A DNA stretch of 57,856 nt, the filler included, from Catajapyx aquilonaris (lineage: Eukaryota), in the NCBI GenBank assembly GCA_000934665.2. It is 2 parts of 2 records of this genome, joined end to end, with 100 filler letters (N's around TTAATTAATTAA, not from the genome) between each part and the next. Parts side by side here need not be neighbours in the genome. Positions count along the whole stretch, not along the records: positions 1 to 28,899 come from KZ539236.1; positions 29,000 to 57,856 come from JYFJ02004861.1. One strand, 5' to 3'. This document shows, one piece after another, positions 24,540 through 35,200 of this stretch (positions within the stretch are counted from its first letter, which is position 1; every line of letters begins with the position of its first letter). The notes beneath the pieces were generated by a model. That model was not told where the DNA came from. It saw only the letters and a list, made by a program, of their open reading frames with translations, and did no database searches. The translations under genes were made by a program, and so were the position numbers.

Positions 24540-27500
24540 ACTATTATAACTATTATAACAGCACTCAAAAACAGTCAGATTTAGGATGTTTTCGGATTTC
24601 GGATAAAGAATTCTCAACTGGTAATAATAAAGGTCTCTGCTACATACCTTGTAAGAAGGTCAAGCACTACCCGGATTATTTTATTACATTATTATTTCTG
24701 TGTCACAAAGTGAGTTTCCCCTTGGAAGTCATACAAGCACAAATTGTAGACCATCGTCTATATACCTCGCCTGAGCCATTTTAAATTATTGTCCACTGAT
24801 TTCTTGGCTCACAGCTAACTCACATTGTGATTTGTAGGTGCATATGTGTACTCTTTTCCTAGTCTACAGGGTGTAAATCCTAAGCGTGTCACCAGAAAAG
24901 GTGGTGGTAGAGGGTGCAGGTGTGAGCATTTTTGCGTAAGGAACTAGGGGTCGGAAACGCACCTGCCAAGCCCCCCTCACCCACTCATCCGCCACGTGTT
25001 GCACGCCTCTTGCACACTGCCTGCCGCAAACTTGAAAGGGGCGTAACTCGGTGAGGGTGCGTTTCCTACCCCTAGTTCCTTATGCAAAAATGCTCACACC
25101 TGCGCCCTCTACCACCACCTTTTCTGGTGACACGCTTAGGATTTACACCCTGTATAACCATGTGAGCAATGACTGCTATCAACACTTTTAAATCTGCAGG
25201 TACATTTCCATTTCCTCTAAAAGTAACTTAGAAAGTAACTGTTTATAATAAGCTACTTCATGCCAAAAGAAATGCTAACTACTACAGACAATTCAGTTGG
25301 TCCACACTGTATAGTGTATACCATATTATTACATTATTTAGTCAACATACAAGTGAAGTACAATTTAGACAGTTTTGAGTTATTTGCACCACTAGTGGCA
25401 TTTTAAATGCTCTTATTGCCTGGTGAAGCCCATTTAGTCCTAATGATTCTCAATTAGCCAGGAGGCCAGGATGTTCTGTCCTCACTAGCATGTAAGCAAG
25501 TGCAAGTAAAGGTCAAATGTTTGCCTTCAATTGTCTTGAAACTGTTGTTTTGCACTTGGTGTGTTTCATTTGTAAGCTGACGATTTAAAAATGACTGTTG
25601 TTCCAAATTAATGGCTGAAAAAGTGCATAAAATAAATAACATATCTGATTATGAGGAGCTGCCCCTAAATTGAGTGTGGGATTTTTTCAGGTATGGCTTT
25701 AACAGTGATGGCCACCAAATTGTCTACGAGAGACTTAAGAAGACCAAGGAGGATGCCTCTTTCAAAGGGATAATTGGGGTCAATTTGGGTGTAAACAAGA
25801 CATCAAAAGACCCCACTCTGGACTATGTTGCAGGCATCAAGAAATTTGGAGAGTTAGCCGATTATTTGGTTATCAATGTTTCCAGGTAATGGCAATGTGA
25901 TTTTATGTAGCATGTGGTTTGTACATAAGATAATGTTGCTGATTGGTTGTCCTGACACTTGAAAATAGCAAAGGTATGTAGAATGATTATTGTCTTCAAA
26001 AATTACTTGTGCAACTAATGCTAATTGGTGCTCTGCAGGATGAGGCAAAATTCAAGTCCTGCACACCCTTTTAAGGTTTGTTTTCATACCTGCAAACAAT
26101 TGACTTCTCACGCAAGAGCAGGCTCTTTTTGATGCATTGAATTTGTCTCCTTGCAAGGGGGTGTTTTCATTAGTGCATGGGTGGAAGATGCGAGGTCAAG
26201 AGTGGACCTGTAGGCAAAATGGACAAGTCCAACAGTGGGGGCCAGCACTGCACCTCAATGAGCTTCCTCTATCCCCTTCACCTTCTGCTCCTACTGCAAC
26301 TTCATTTATTTCCTAGTCTGTTTGACATTCCACGGGCCTTAATGCCGCGCTAGTCGCAGTAGTCTCCATCTTTCTACAAGCTGTCGGATGGGGACTGGTG
26401 AGGTGGGAGGGTCAGGGAGAGAATGTCCCATGTGACTCACTCTGCTCCCTGATTGGGCCCTTGCAGTGCAAAATCGTGCCATCCTGTGAACATTTTCAAT
26501 CTTAGGTGGACAAGTTCGCATCGCAACTCAGGACATGTTTGTCCCCCAAAAATATCAACTCTTGTCACAAAACTAGTCCACGCATGTGCGAGAGGAGGTA
26601 CATTCACAGCGAGAAATCCACTATTCGCAGATATAAGAACAGGGATTTAAGCTTGCAGTAGAAGCGCCATCCTTTCTTCAAGCCAGAAAATTACATACAT
26701 ACACAGTTGTACAAGATTTTTATACATGATTGGAGAAAGAGGCAATACTTTTACTGCAAGGTAAGAATAGCTAGAATGTATGCAATGTACTCTGCCTCTA
26801 ACAAATTTTCCCTTAGTTCTAATTGCAAATTCATCAGCTCCCTGTAGTGAACAACATTCACCATCAGTATTTGTATGATGAATACACAGTCTCTAGGCTC
26901 CAGGGGTTCCCATATGCATGCATGATGCAGTATGTTATTTTTTGTCCCTCTGTGATATTTACACGGCCTAATTGGTACAGCGCACAGGAAAATTGTGATG
27001 CCATGATTTGCTACCACCCCCCAATTTGCCGCCCTAGGCGAGTGCCTCAGTTTGCCCAGGCATAAAAGGGGTTCTGCTTACATCGGCACTACTGAAAGTC
27101 CCAAGCGGTTCAAATGGTGCATCTTAGAACATCCAGACCATGTTCCATACCTCTGATATCCACCTGTATGCCTCTCTATTTGAGGAGGCCACCTCCATTG
27201 ATTTGAGAAGTAACCAGCCATATAACCAATGGCTAGAATGCTAGATCATCTGTGTGTTTATCCCAAGCCCTATCTGCAAGACCTGTAAGAATGAAGGTCA
27301 CTTGCAGGGCATGCACACAACTTTTGTCCTTACTGGTTTTGGAGATAGGGGTTCTTTTTGAGATGGCAGTACTGTCATTTTACACCTCCATAATACTTAC
27401 AGTACAATATTTATTTCAGCCCAAACACTCCAGGGCTTCGCTCCCTCCAGCACCGTGAGCAGCTCAACAACCTCCTCATCACTGTAATGTCTGCCCGAAA

Positions 27501-27969
27501 CTCCCTCAACACAAAACACAAGCCTGCTTTGCTTCTTAAAATATCTCCTGACATGTCACCAGCCGAAATGTCGGATGTGGCCCAAGCTGTTCTTGCTCAC
27601 TCTGTGGATGGTATAGTAGTGTCCAATACCACAGTCACCCGACCGGACAATCTGGAGAGTCCAGACAGGGCCGAAAATGGTGGCCTCAGTGGACGACCCC
27701 TGAGAGACATGTCAACCAGGGCAGTTGCCGCTATGAGGAGAATGACTGGTGGAAAGGTGGCCATAGTGGGTGTTGGTGGAGTTTCAAATGGAAGGGATGC
27801 ATTGGACAAGATGGCAGCAGGGGCTTCCTTGGTTCAGCTCTACTCTGCACTGGCTTACGATGGGCCTCCTGTGGTGCAGAGGGTAAAAAGAGAGATGGAA
27901 TGGGAGATCAGGAAAGGAGAGTTCAAAAACGTGGAAGAGATTGTTGGAAAAACTATCAAACCTGTGTAG
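16683..27969 (+). CDS. DHODH: Dihydroorotate dehydrogenase (quinone), mitochondrial, class 2 (5 coding exons)
   Basis: Exons 16683-16700 (MTSYLQ, tentative, weak donor), 21105-21314, 23197-23396, 25691-25885, 27420-27969. Motifs [82 protein letters not shown]. Confidence 0.95.
17510..17832 (-). mobile_element. tRNA-derived SINE, family 1
   Basis: Near-identical to 1441-1823. 24-bp TSD tggttggggccaagcatgatctta at 17486-17509 and 17833-17856. Confidence 0.9.
18121..18998 (-). mobile_element. tRNA-derived SINE, family 1, itself interrupted by a MITE
   Basis: 18-bp TSD tgaggtcgccacataata at 18103-18120 and 18999-19016. SINE body resumes at 18851. Confidence 0.85.
18253..18850. mobile_element. 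piggyBac-like MITE
   Basis: TIR cacttaactaccaacgtg / cacgtcggtagttaagtg. Flanks ctaa / ttaa. Subterminal inverted repeats cgtggggtatttttctacccca. Confidence 0.75.
19425..19533. mobile_element. 109-bp hairpin MITE (PIF/Harbinger-Tourist-like)
   Basis: Arms gggtcgaattttcgtcccacagctagttactgctaacttagcagta and tactgctaagttagcaataactagcagtgagacgaaaattccaccc. 3-bp TSD aag. Confidence 0.75.
19560..20988. mobile_element. Non-autonomous hAT element
   Basis: TIR cagagttgggta / tacccaactctg. Exact 8-bp TSD aaaatcag (19552-19559, 20989-20996). Dense gttac/gtaac subterminal motifs at 20830-20980. Confidence 0.85.
20377..20793. mobile_element. Kolobok-type MITE nested in the hAT element
   Basis: TTAA on both sides. 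5'-AGGGACACTCC termini. TIRs of about 120 bp. Confidence 0.8.
22813..23040. mobile_element. MITE with ~34-bp TIRs, superfamily unassigned
   Basis: tgaagacctcggggggagaaagatcaaggtccac versus gtggaccttgatcattcttcccccaaggtcttca. Confidence 0.65.
23715..23930 (+). mobile_element. Degenerate SINE, family 2
   Basis: Aligns by eye with 24258-24410 (ctctgg..t.gtctcgggtgg...tgcacttgcaca...gtca.cctgcc). Confidence 0.6.
23962..24621. mobile_element. pogo/Tigger-type MITE resembling mammalian Tigger4 (Zombi), interrupted by a SINE
   Basis: TA flanks. TIR caagttgagaatccttgattcaaaat / atttcggataaagaattctcaactgg. Internal aaatgcttgggaccagaagtgtttcagattt...ggattttggaa...tttgcatatac follows my recollection of the Tigger4 consensus. 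Confidence 0.75.
24258..24551 (+). mobile_element. 5'-truncated SINE, family 2, with (TTA)n tail
   Basis: 15-bp TSD attataacagcactc at 24243-24257 and 24552-24566. (ATT)n tail at ~24492-24540. Confidence 0.8.
24867..25152. mobile_element. Tc1/mariner-type MITE with ~95-bp near-perfect TIRs
   Basis: ta|cagggtgtaaatcctaagcgtgtcaccagaaaaggtggtggtagaggg ... ccctctaccaccaccttttctggtgacacgcttaggatttacaccctg|ta. Confidence 0.9.
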
Positions 27970-28381
27970 AAATATCTTGAAATACTCGTATATAGCACCA
28001 ATAACTGCAACAGATTCCATGGGCAAGTTTTATAGCAGCTTATGCTGTGTATGATATTAATGGATGTGGTCCATGAAGAGTGCATTATTTCAATTTGAGA
28101 ATAAACAATTCCCAGTCAGTGATGGAAGGTTCAAAGTAGAAAACAGGACATTTCACCAATCCATAGTTAATGAAATAATTATGTATGATGCATTGGCTGC
28201 CAGTTATTTGGATTTAATAAATATAACAAAATCTTCCAATCACTTGTGCCTTACTGAACCGCTGGACATGACATGCTTCACAGGTGCGATAACCAAAGAA
28301 CGGATTTCTAGGTTTTTACCTACTCTTTATTTTGTAGGCAGAACACTGCAACCTAAATATTGATCCATCACTTTCATAACA

Positions 28382-28899
28382 CAAGGATCTCAAAAATTGT
28401 AGTTTTACAAAACCTAAAATTGCCTATTAGCGCCTATTTTCACCTATTTACGCCTTTTTGACGCATTTTCGTAATATCTTAGGCAGTTTTTACGTGTTTT
28501 CCGTTCAAGTCATCCTTCCCGCTTCAACCTGTGAATAGTGAAGAAGCTGTAGCCTATAGACATGCCAGATGAACTGGCTCTACAAGACAGTAACTTTTCA
28601 AGAATGATCCAGTTGCTTTGTGTGATGTCAAAAGGTCATTTTCAGCGTATAAAGTTGTACTGTCACACCGGCATCACCAACAAATAATAAAGAAAAAACT
28701 AAAATAGTGAACAACTGCTAGTTTGTTACTGTTCTGCAAAATTCCATGGCCAAGAGTAGGCTGTAATGCATGTAATTGTATGGGACTGAAAATAAATTAG
28801 GATCTGCTTGATTTTTAGTGCCTATTTAAGAGCCTATTTGAACTGTTTTCACAACCTAAATGCCTACCTATTCGAGAGTTTTTTTAGAACCTAGAAATT
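28382..28899 (+). mobile_element. Internally deleted hAT-superfamily element with a transposase C-terminal relic
   Basis: ~28609-28705 translates to PVALCDVKRSFSAYKVVLSHR, matching the hAT dimerisation motif (SxDVERSFSxYKxxLxDxR). Repeated cctattt subterminal motifs on both sides. Ends at the gap. Confidence 0.6.
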
Positions 28900-28999
28900 N
28901 NNNNNNNNNNNNNNNNNNNNNNNNNNNNNNNNNNNNNNNNNNNTTAATTAATTAANNNNNNNNNNNNNNNNNNNNNNNNNNNNNNNNNNNNNNNNNNNN
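28900..28999. other. Artificial contig spacer (44 N + TTAATTAATTAA + 44 N)
   Basis: Exactly 100 bp and symmetric, with a central 12-mer that has stop codons in all six frames. Confidence 0.9.
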
Positions 29000-29276
29000 T
29001 ATGTAGCTGCACCGGGTATGCACTTCCCCACTTCACCTTACCAAGATATCACCACACAAAGAAAGCCACAATGATTATTATTAAATTGGAACCATTCATC
29101 TCATACGGTGATAACCAGTGTCTAAAAAGTTGTTAAAGAACAATGGGATTTTTTATTGTACGAGTCAGATGTGGCTGATGATTAGGTCAGAGACTTCAGT
29201 TCTCACAATTGATTGCATAATGAATAAGAAATGTTCACTCTTCATTATTTTGTTACATTGTGTTCTGCAGGAGTTA

Positions 29277-29460
29277 CAATGAAACCTGTCTGCAACAGAT
29301 CCCCTACGTAGTGAAAATTTGCTGCTTTCAGATTTTAATTTTTTTTTTGGCATGCCGGACAATTTTAAACGTATTTCTGTCACATATTTAAGAAACCTGT
29401 TAAGTACCTTATGTAATAATTTCCCAAAACTGAGCAATCCACAACACACCAGTTTCACTG
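29277..29460. mobile_element. Degenerate pogo/Tigger-like MITE
   Basis: ta|caatgaaacctgt ... acaccagtttcactg|ta. Confidence 0.5.
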
Positions 29461-29727
29461 TATAATTAGTTGACATCCAAAGTTACTCCAAAATGTACTT
29501 ATACTTTAAAATTAACAATAACAGTACCCTAGGGCAACAGCTGCACATGCCACAAAATCAGTACATTTTTCTCTATTCATTGTTACATATATTTTGTAAG
29601 AATATAAAAGGAGCAAATACACATGATTAACTCCTGATGTGAGAGAGAAACACTTGGCTCCAGGATTCAAACTGTTCACAAGATCCTCCTCTTACCATTA
29701 GACTATCCTCCGCTAATGAGTGATTAC

Positions 29728-31033
29728 CTCATCATAAGCCCTTCAATGGCCGGGGGGCATCCCTTGATCGCAGGTGGTCTTCGTCCACTATGCACAGCCC
29801 ACATTATTCGGAAGGCAGGACCGCCGATTTCATCAAAAGGTTTTCGCCTTGTCAGGACTTCCCACAATATTATTCCCCAGCTGAACACATCACATTTTTC
29901 GGTGTAAAGGCAACCTGAAGAGCACAAAAACATAATTTCAGTTGATCATTTCGCCAGCTCCAACGCAGAAAGCTGACATGCGCACTAAAGCTACTATTAA
30001 TATTATAGTTGTTGTTATAATAATAATAATAATAATAACAACAACAACAACAAGCACTATTAAAACACTCTCTTCTTAGAAGACAAAAAAAAATCAGAGA
30101 AAAAAAGAGTTATAAAGAGTGGCAAATTACATGAAGAAACCACAAATTGTATCAAATTTACCAAAGCTTCGGGACCTTTCTCACATAACAGTCTTGTGCA
30201 ATGATGGTGACATAATTGGATAAATATAGAGTGTTTATAAACTTTACAAAGCCGTTACCTTCAAAGACTTCGGGAGCCATCCACGCAGCACTGCCCTTGT
30301 TGTTCGTCATGTGGGTCTGCTTATCACAGGCAGTGCCAAAGTCACAGATCTTGAGCGATTTACCTCCCATTATAAGGAGAAGGTTGGGCGGTTTCAAATC
30401 CCTGCAAAGAACAGCGTACGTGAGCCATATTTGTGGTGTAACAGCTGCAGTCTGATGCTAAGCGTTACCTGTGAATGAGGGCCTTTGGCTTCATTTCATG
30501 GAGGTAGGCCACACCCCTGGCACATTGCAGAGACCAGCTCATGGCATGTGCGGCGGTGTACTTTGGTTGCTGATGCCCATGAAGAACTGCAAAGGTTTTT
30601 AAAAAATTCAGCTTGCTCCAAATCCCAATTTGTGATCCCCACCATACCATTGTAGAGAGATCCTCCTTCGGCATACTCCATGACTAGACAAACAGGGTCC
30701 CTGGTGCAGGCCCCGTACAGCTTCACTATGTTGGGATGGGAGACCCTGGACAGCTGGCGAACCTCCACAGCAAAGGCCTTCTTCTCCGCCTCCGTGTCTA
30801 TGTGCTTCACAGCCACCACCTTGTCCTTCCATTGTCCCTTCCACACCACGCCAAACGATCCTTTACCCACCACCTGCAATAATTATCATTACGCTTAATG
30901 TTGGCTACCTCCTGACACTGTGCAGCACGGTGTGTCCTTCATGCAGGGTGCGACAGACCTGCAACTTGTGAATCTCCTTGTAGTCGATCTCCTCGACAAA
31001 GTGCTGCTGCGTCTGGTCCTCCTGGACCGCCAT
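29728..31033 (-). CDS. MAP3K7: TAK1 / MAP kinase kinase kinase 7, first five coding exons (3' part absent beyond the spacer)
   Basis: Exons 30959-31033, 30648-30873, 30469-30586, 30259-30401, 29728-29914. Motifs [136 protein letters not shown] are diagnostic of TAK1. Confidence 0.95.
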
Positions 31034-32264
31034 GGGTTAAGGCCAGTCCTGCAGCGTCTGTCGCACCATCTCCGCCCTCCCACGAAGACCCAAGGTCCGT
31101 CCCTCCTCCTCCTCCTCCTGCAGACTGAAACACCCCAACACACCTCAGTGCATTGCAGACCACCGCCGTACTTCTCAACAGGCTACCTCACGCGTCCCTG
31201 GTCATCTTGAGTAGTTGGTTGTGCCGCGGGGAACGAGTGACGATGCAGCGGTCACACTCAGGGACGACGTACGGCGGTACCCCCGAACCAGTCCACCGTA
31301 ATCCCTGCCTGGCACTGGAACACCGGACAAGGACCATGCAATTCCCCTCTACACACACATGGCGAATAAGGCGGACATGTTTGATTTAGGCACTGTGGAG
31401 GCCGAACAACGCACAGCTGTTGCAATGTAGCTGCTGTGTAATCACGGCTAGTTCGTCATTAAACGCGATCGCTGAATGGAAAAAAAATAGAATAAATATT
31501 CAAATCAGCATTAACATACTGTAAGCAATGAAATGTATCCCAAAATATATGGCGATAGGTGATGGTTTTATTTCAGGTGATTAATCCTCAATATACATTT
31601 TTCTGGCGCTTTCGTACTTGTGCAGTGGGAGTTGCATCTCAGCTGCATAAAAACGGCAGGCAAACGGAAGTATCTGACCAGTTGCTACGATGCAAGCCCG
31701 TTGCATCTAATGCCACAAGTTGAACTAATGCTGTGCAGTGAATAACTGCACGGTTATAATTTCACAGGAATACCAGCACTCTTGTGCCGCCTATTACAAA
31801 CCGGATGCACCCACACTGTACAACGTACAATAAACTTATATAAATGCTTAAAAAAATACTAGTATGGTCTAACATTAGTGCAATCAACAGGAAACTGCCA
31901 TGTTGTTATCCTGGCTGGATAAATAGTGCATAACTTATTATGATGAAGTCCGGATTCTCCTTCTCCTTATACTTTCAATCATTATACTGCCTGCTTGTAT
32001 ACCCCAGGCCAGGCTCTCTCAGTGTAATAGAGCAGCTTCATTAGTAAACAGATGATAATACAATATACATTCAACAGTGGTATTGCACATGTGTATCACA
32101 CTTGATATTGTTGCTGATATGTAACAAAAAAAAAAAAAANAAAAAAAAAAAAGAAAGGGATCTTTAATGTGTATACCCAGGATATAAGATCTGGCATTTT
32201 CATATCCACACTTGTTACCTATGGAAGATATGAGCATAAACCGCTCCAGACGCATTAAATGTCA

Positions 32265-35200
32265 TCAAGAAATAAGAGGCTCCAGGAAGTCCTCTTGGAG
32301 AGATTCCTCCGCCATACGAAGCACTCTCTGGAAGCAACCTTCACTGTCCATAAATCCAGTGCCAATTGGCTCTTCCTTCGGGTACTTGCTCAAGGAAGTG
32401 AAGAACGGGTGAAGATCCATGATGCCCGTAATTGTCGCGCTTCTTAAGAGTGGGGTCCTAGAGCGTGACCTGACCTCGGGACTCTGTGCTGCAGCCTGAA
32501 AGAAAGCGATGTATATATTTTTGACTTTGTCCTTGTTTCTTCCTTATTGCGTGGTCAGCCACTCCTTGTTGAAGTATGTACTGATTATGATTAATCATGG
32601 GTAACATGTCATTATACCTTCGAGTCCATTAGCCTGGCAAGACGAGTGACGTGAGGAATAAAGTCTGGCCTTACATGCCCCTCCTCAGAAATTCGATTCT
32701 GGGAGCCGGCCTCTCCAACAAATGCCCATCGGTACCTGCAATTTCATGAGGAAATGTCACTCTAGCGAGAGGATCAGGAATTCCCAGACTCACATTTGGA
32801 ACTGCGGCAGCATGTTGGCAGGCAGGAGTAATGCCAGGTCCAGCAGTTTGCACGCTGAAAGGTACAGCTGCAGCCATGCAGGGTTGTTGTGGGCGTTCAG
32901 TCCATTCTCACTGTTCAGCACCCAGGAGGAATCAAGTGTTGCCAGGCGCCTTATGTGCGTGCTGAAAAGGTACACCATCAACTACAGGGGCGGGAGACGC
33001 GGCTGCTTCATTGCATGCAAGCACGACAGCATCATTTAACTGCAGCAATCATCATGCCAAAAGCATAGCGACTCAATGCATAAGTTGCAATGCCTTTCTC
33101 AAGCTAGGAGCGAACAGAATGAATTGTGTGCAGACATACGAAGCAGTATAATCATCCAGTCTCTACTGCTCTTCCTTATAATATTGTCTGGATGAAAAAA
33201 CAACAACAAAAAAACATGCATAATATGCTCGAATTACTATGAACATGACGTTTCAATTATTTCAAAGCTGGGGAAAAAATCATGCCAAGCAAGTGCATCT
33301 GGTTTTTTTTGCTACATAGTTTTTCATATCCATTCTTGTGTTATCTCCCAGTTACAGGCCAGTTTTGAAGTGATATAGTACATGCACATGTAGCATAATT
33401 AGCCCCCCCATTTGTTAGTGATCTAAACGAGTGACGACATCCATTCAAGTACTGAACAACCCATTTGCTTTTTCATTCGGTTAAAGAAGAATGCACCTTC
33501 CTTCATGACCTAACATACTACAAACGGTTAGTTGATTCCTTGCAATACTGCACTGATACATTACATTCATATGATGGTGAGAGAGCTAAGCAGAGCAAGC
33601 GCTCCCATTCTTTCACGTTCATGATGTAATGAGGTGAAATTAAATGACAGTTCAAATACTTCAAGAGTCATAAGTTGTAATTGAAATTGTCTGAGTAAAA
33701 ACATTTGTCACATGCGTCATGCACACGTTTCAAGGCAATTCCTCTCCGAAATACCTTGGAATTTTTCTGAAGAAATATCCACCAGCAACCAGTTAGTCAA
33801 TGGAAAGAGAGAAAACAAACATTGATAACCATGTGACAAGCACCCAAATTGCAGACCCGAACAAGCTATGTCGCAAATAGATGCTTGGAACTCTCCAAGA
33901 CTACCTGCAGACTTATCCTGCAACCGAATCTTCATGGTTCGAAATAAAATTATTCCATCTTTTTCATGGACACTGCAGCACGTTTGGAGGCCAGTCTTCA
34001 TCATTAATGCACGACATTGTAGTCGCTAACACACTCCATATTAAACTATTGTACCACTCACATTTACTACATGATGATTACTTTGAAGTGATTTGGTTAA
34101 TGTGTTATTTGCTTATAGGAGAGTATGAGTCCTGGAAAACCCCTTACCAACTGCAGGTCAAATTTTTTTACCTAATACGATAACAGATCGGACTATCATG
34201 TCAGTAAGTCACTCAAAAACAGTTATTTTAAATCAAAAACCAAGTGGCAACATTTTGAATGCAGTTTTTTTTTTTTTGCAAAATGTAGTGTTTGGATGTA
34301 ACCTGAATCGTACCTGAATTCTTCTGTATCTGTGTGTAGTTCTTGCTCCAATTGCAGGAAGACCTGAACTAGCTCACTGATGATAGCAGGCCACAAGGAA
34401 GTGACGTGGCTTGGATTCATACGCAGCAGGAGCACACGGAAGCACAAAAACACATGAGCGTGGATGGACGGTACCACTTGCGGCAGCCTCAAACTCTCCG
34501 TTAAGCGCTCTGGAAGAATTGGAAATTATTTTTTAAAATGCCATCTTGTAATAATTCATACACACATGAAATCCATTAAAACTAATAAAATATTGAAACC
34601 CTACCCTGTATATCTGGCATGAATCGCCTGTACTGATCTTTCTCACTACAAAAGATCGAAAACGCCAGCAGCTTCAGCATGTGACACCTCTGTTCGCACC
34701 CTGTGAAAATAAGCCAGTGTTATTGAGGTCACACTTTTCCATGCTTTTCCTCTTACTCATGAGATCCAAGAAGACAGCTTTGTCATGTGTTATCAGGTTG
34801 TCAACTATGGTACGCCAATACGGCATGGACGCAGAATCCATTTGGAACAGATTGGTGTTGAGAAGGAGCTCACATACATCCTTCTTCCATGCTTTTTGGG
34901 TATACTGATAGCTGCTCAAACTTGCAAGCAGCTGGGAGCAGGCAAGAAAACTGGGTACGTTTAGTCGGCTGGAAAGAGGCAGTAGTATCAAATGCAACTG
35001 ACTACGTCCCCGAATTGCTTTCGTCACTGACAGAAACCAAATTGGACCATGCAACACAACACACAGGGTCAAACAGTTGCAAGAAAACTCAATGACATGT
35101 AAACAGACATATCGGAATAATGGAAAATGAGTCGCACCTGTGCTCTCTTAGATATGGCGTAACATAGTGCATAATATTTGTCAGCAGAGGAATGACCTTA

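Larger units (their letters stand above)
23423..25309. mobile_element. Old Tc1/mariner-type element enclosing several younger insertions
   Basis: ta|caatgtgttccaactgaattgtctg ... cagacaattcagttggtccacactg|ta. Confidence 0.65.

Noticed and set aside
28944..28955. TTAATTAATTAA palindrome
   Set aside because: Synthetic six-frame-stop linker inside an N spacer.
29640..29715. A-box/B-box-like sequence just downstream of the last TAK1 exon (minus strand)
   Set aside because: Too degenerate for a tRNA, and probably an old SINE head.
33900..33930. 13-nt AG...GT segment in the long Dopey intron
   Set aside because: Frame-shifting, poor pyrimidine tract and weak donor (GTAGTC).
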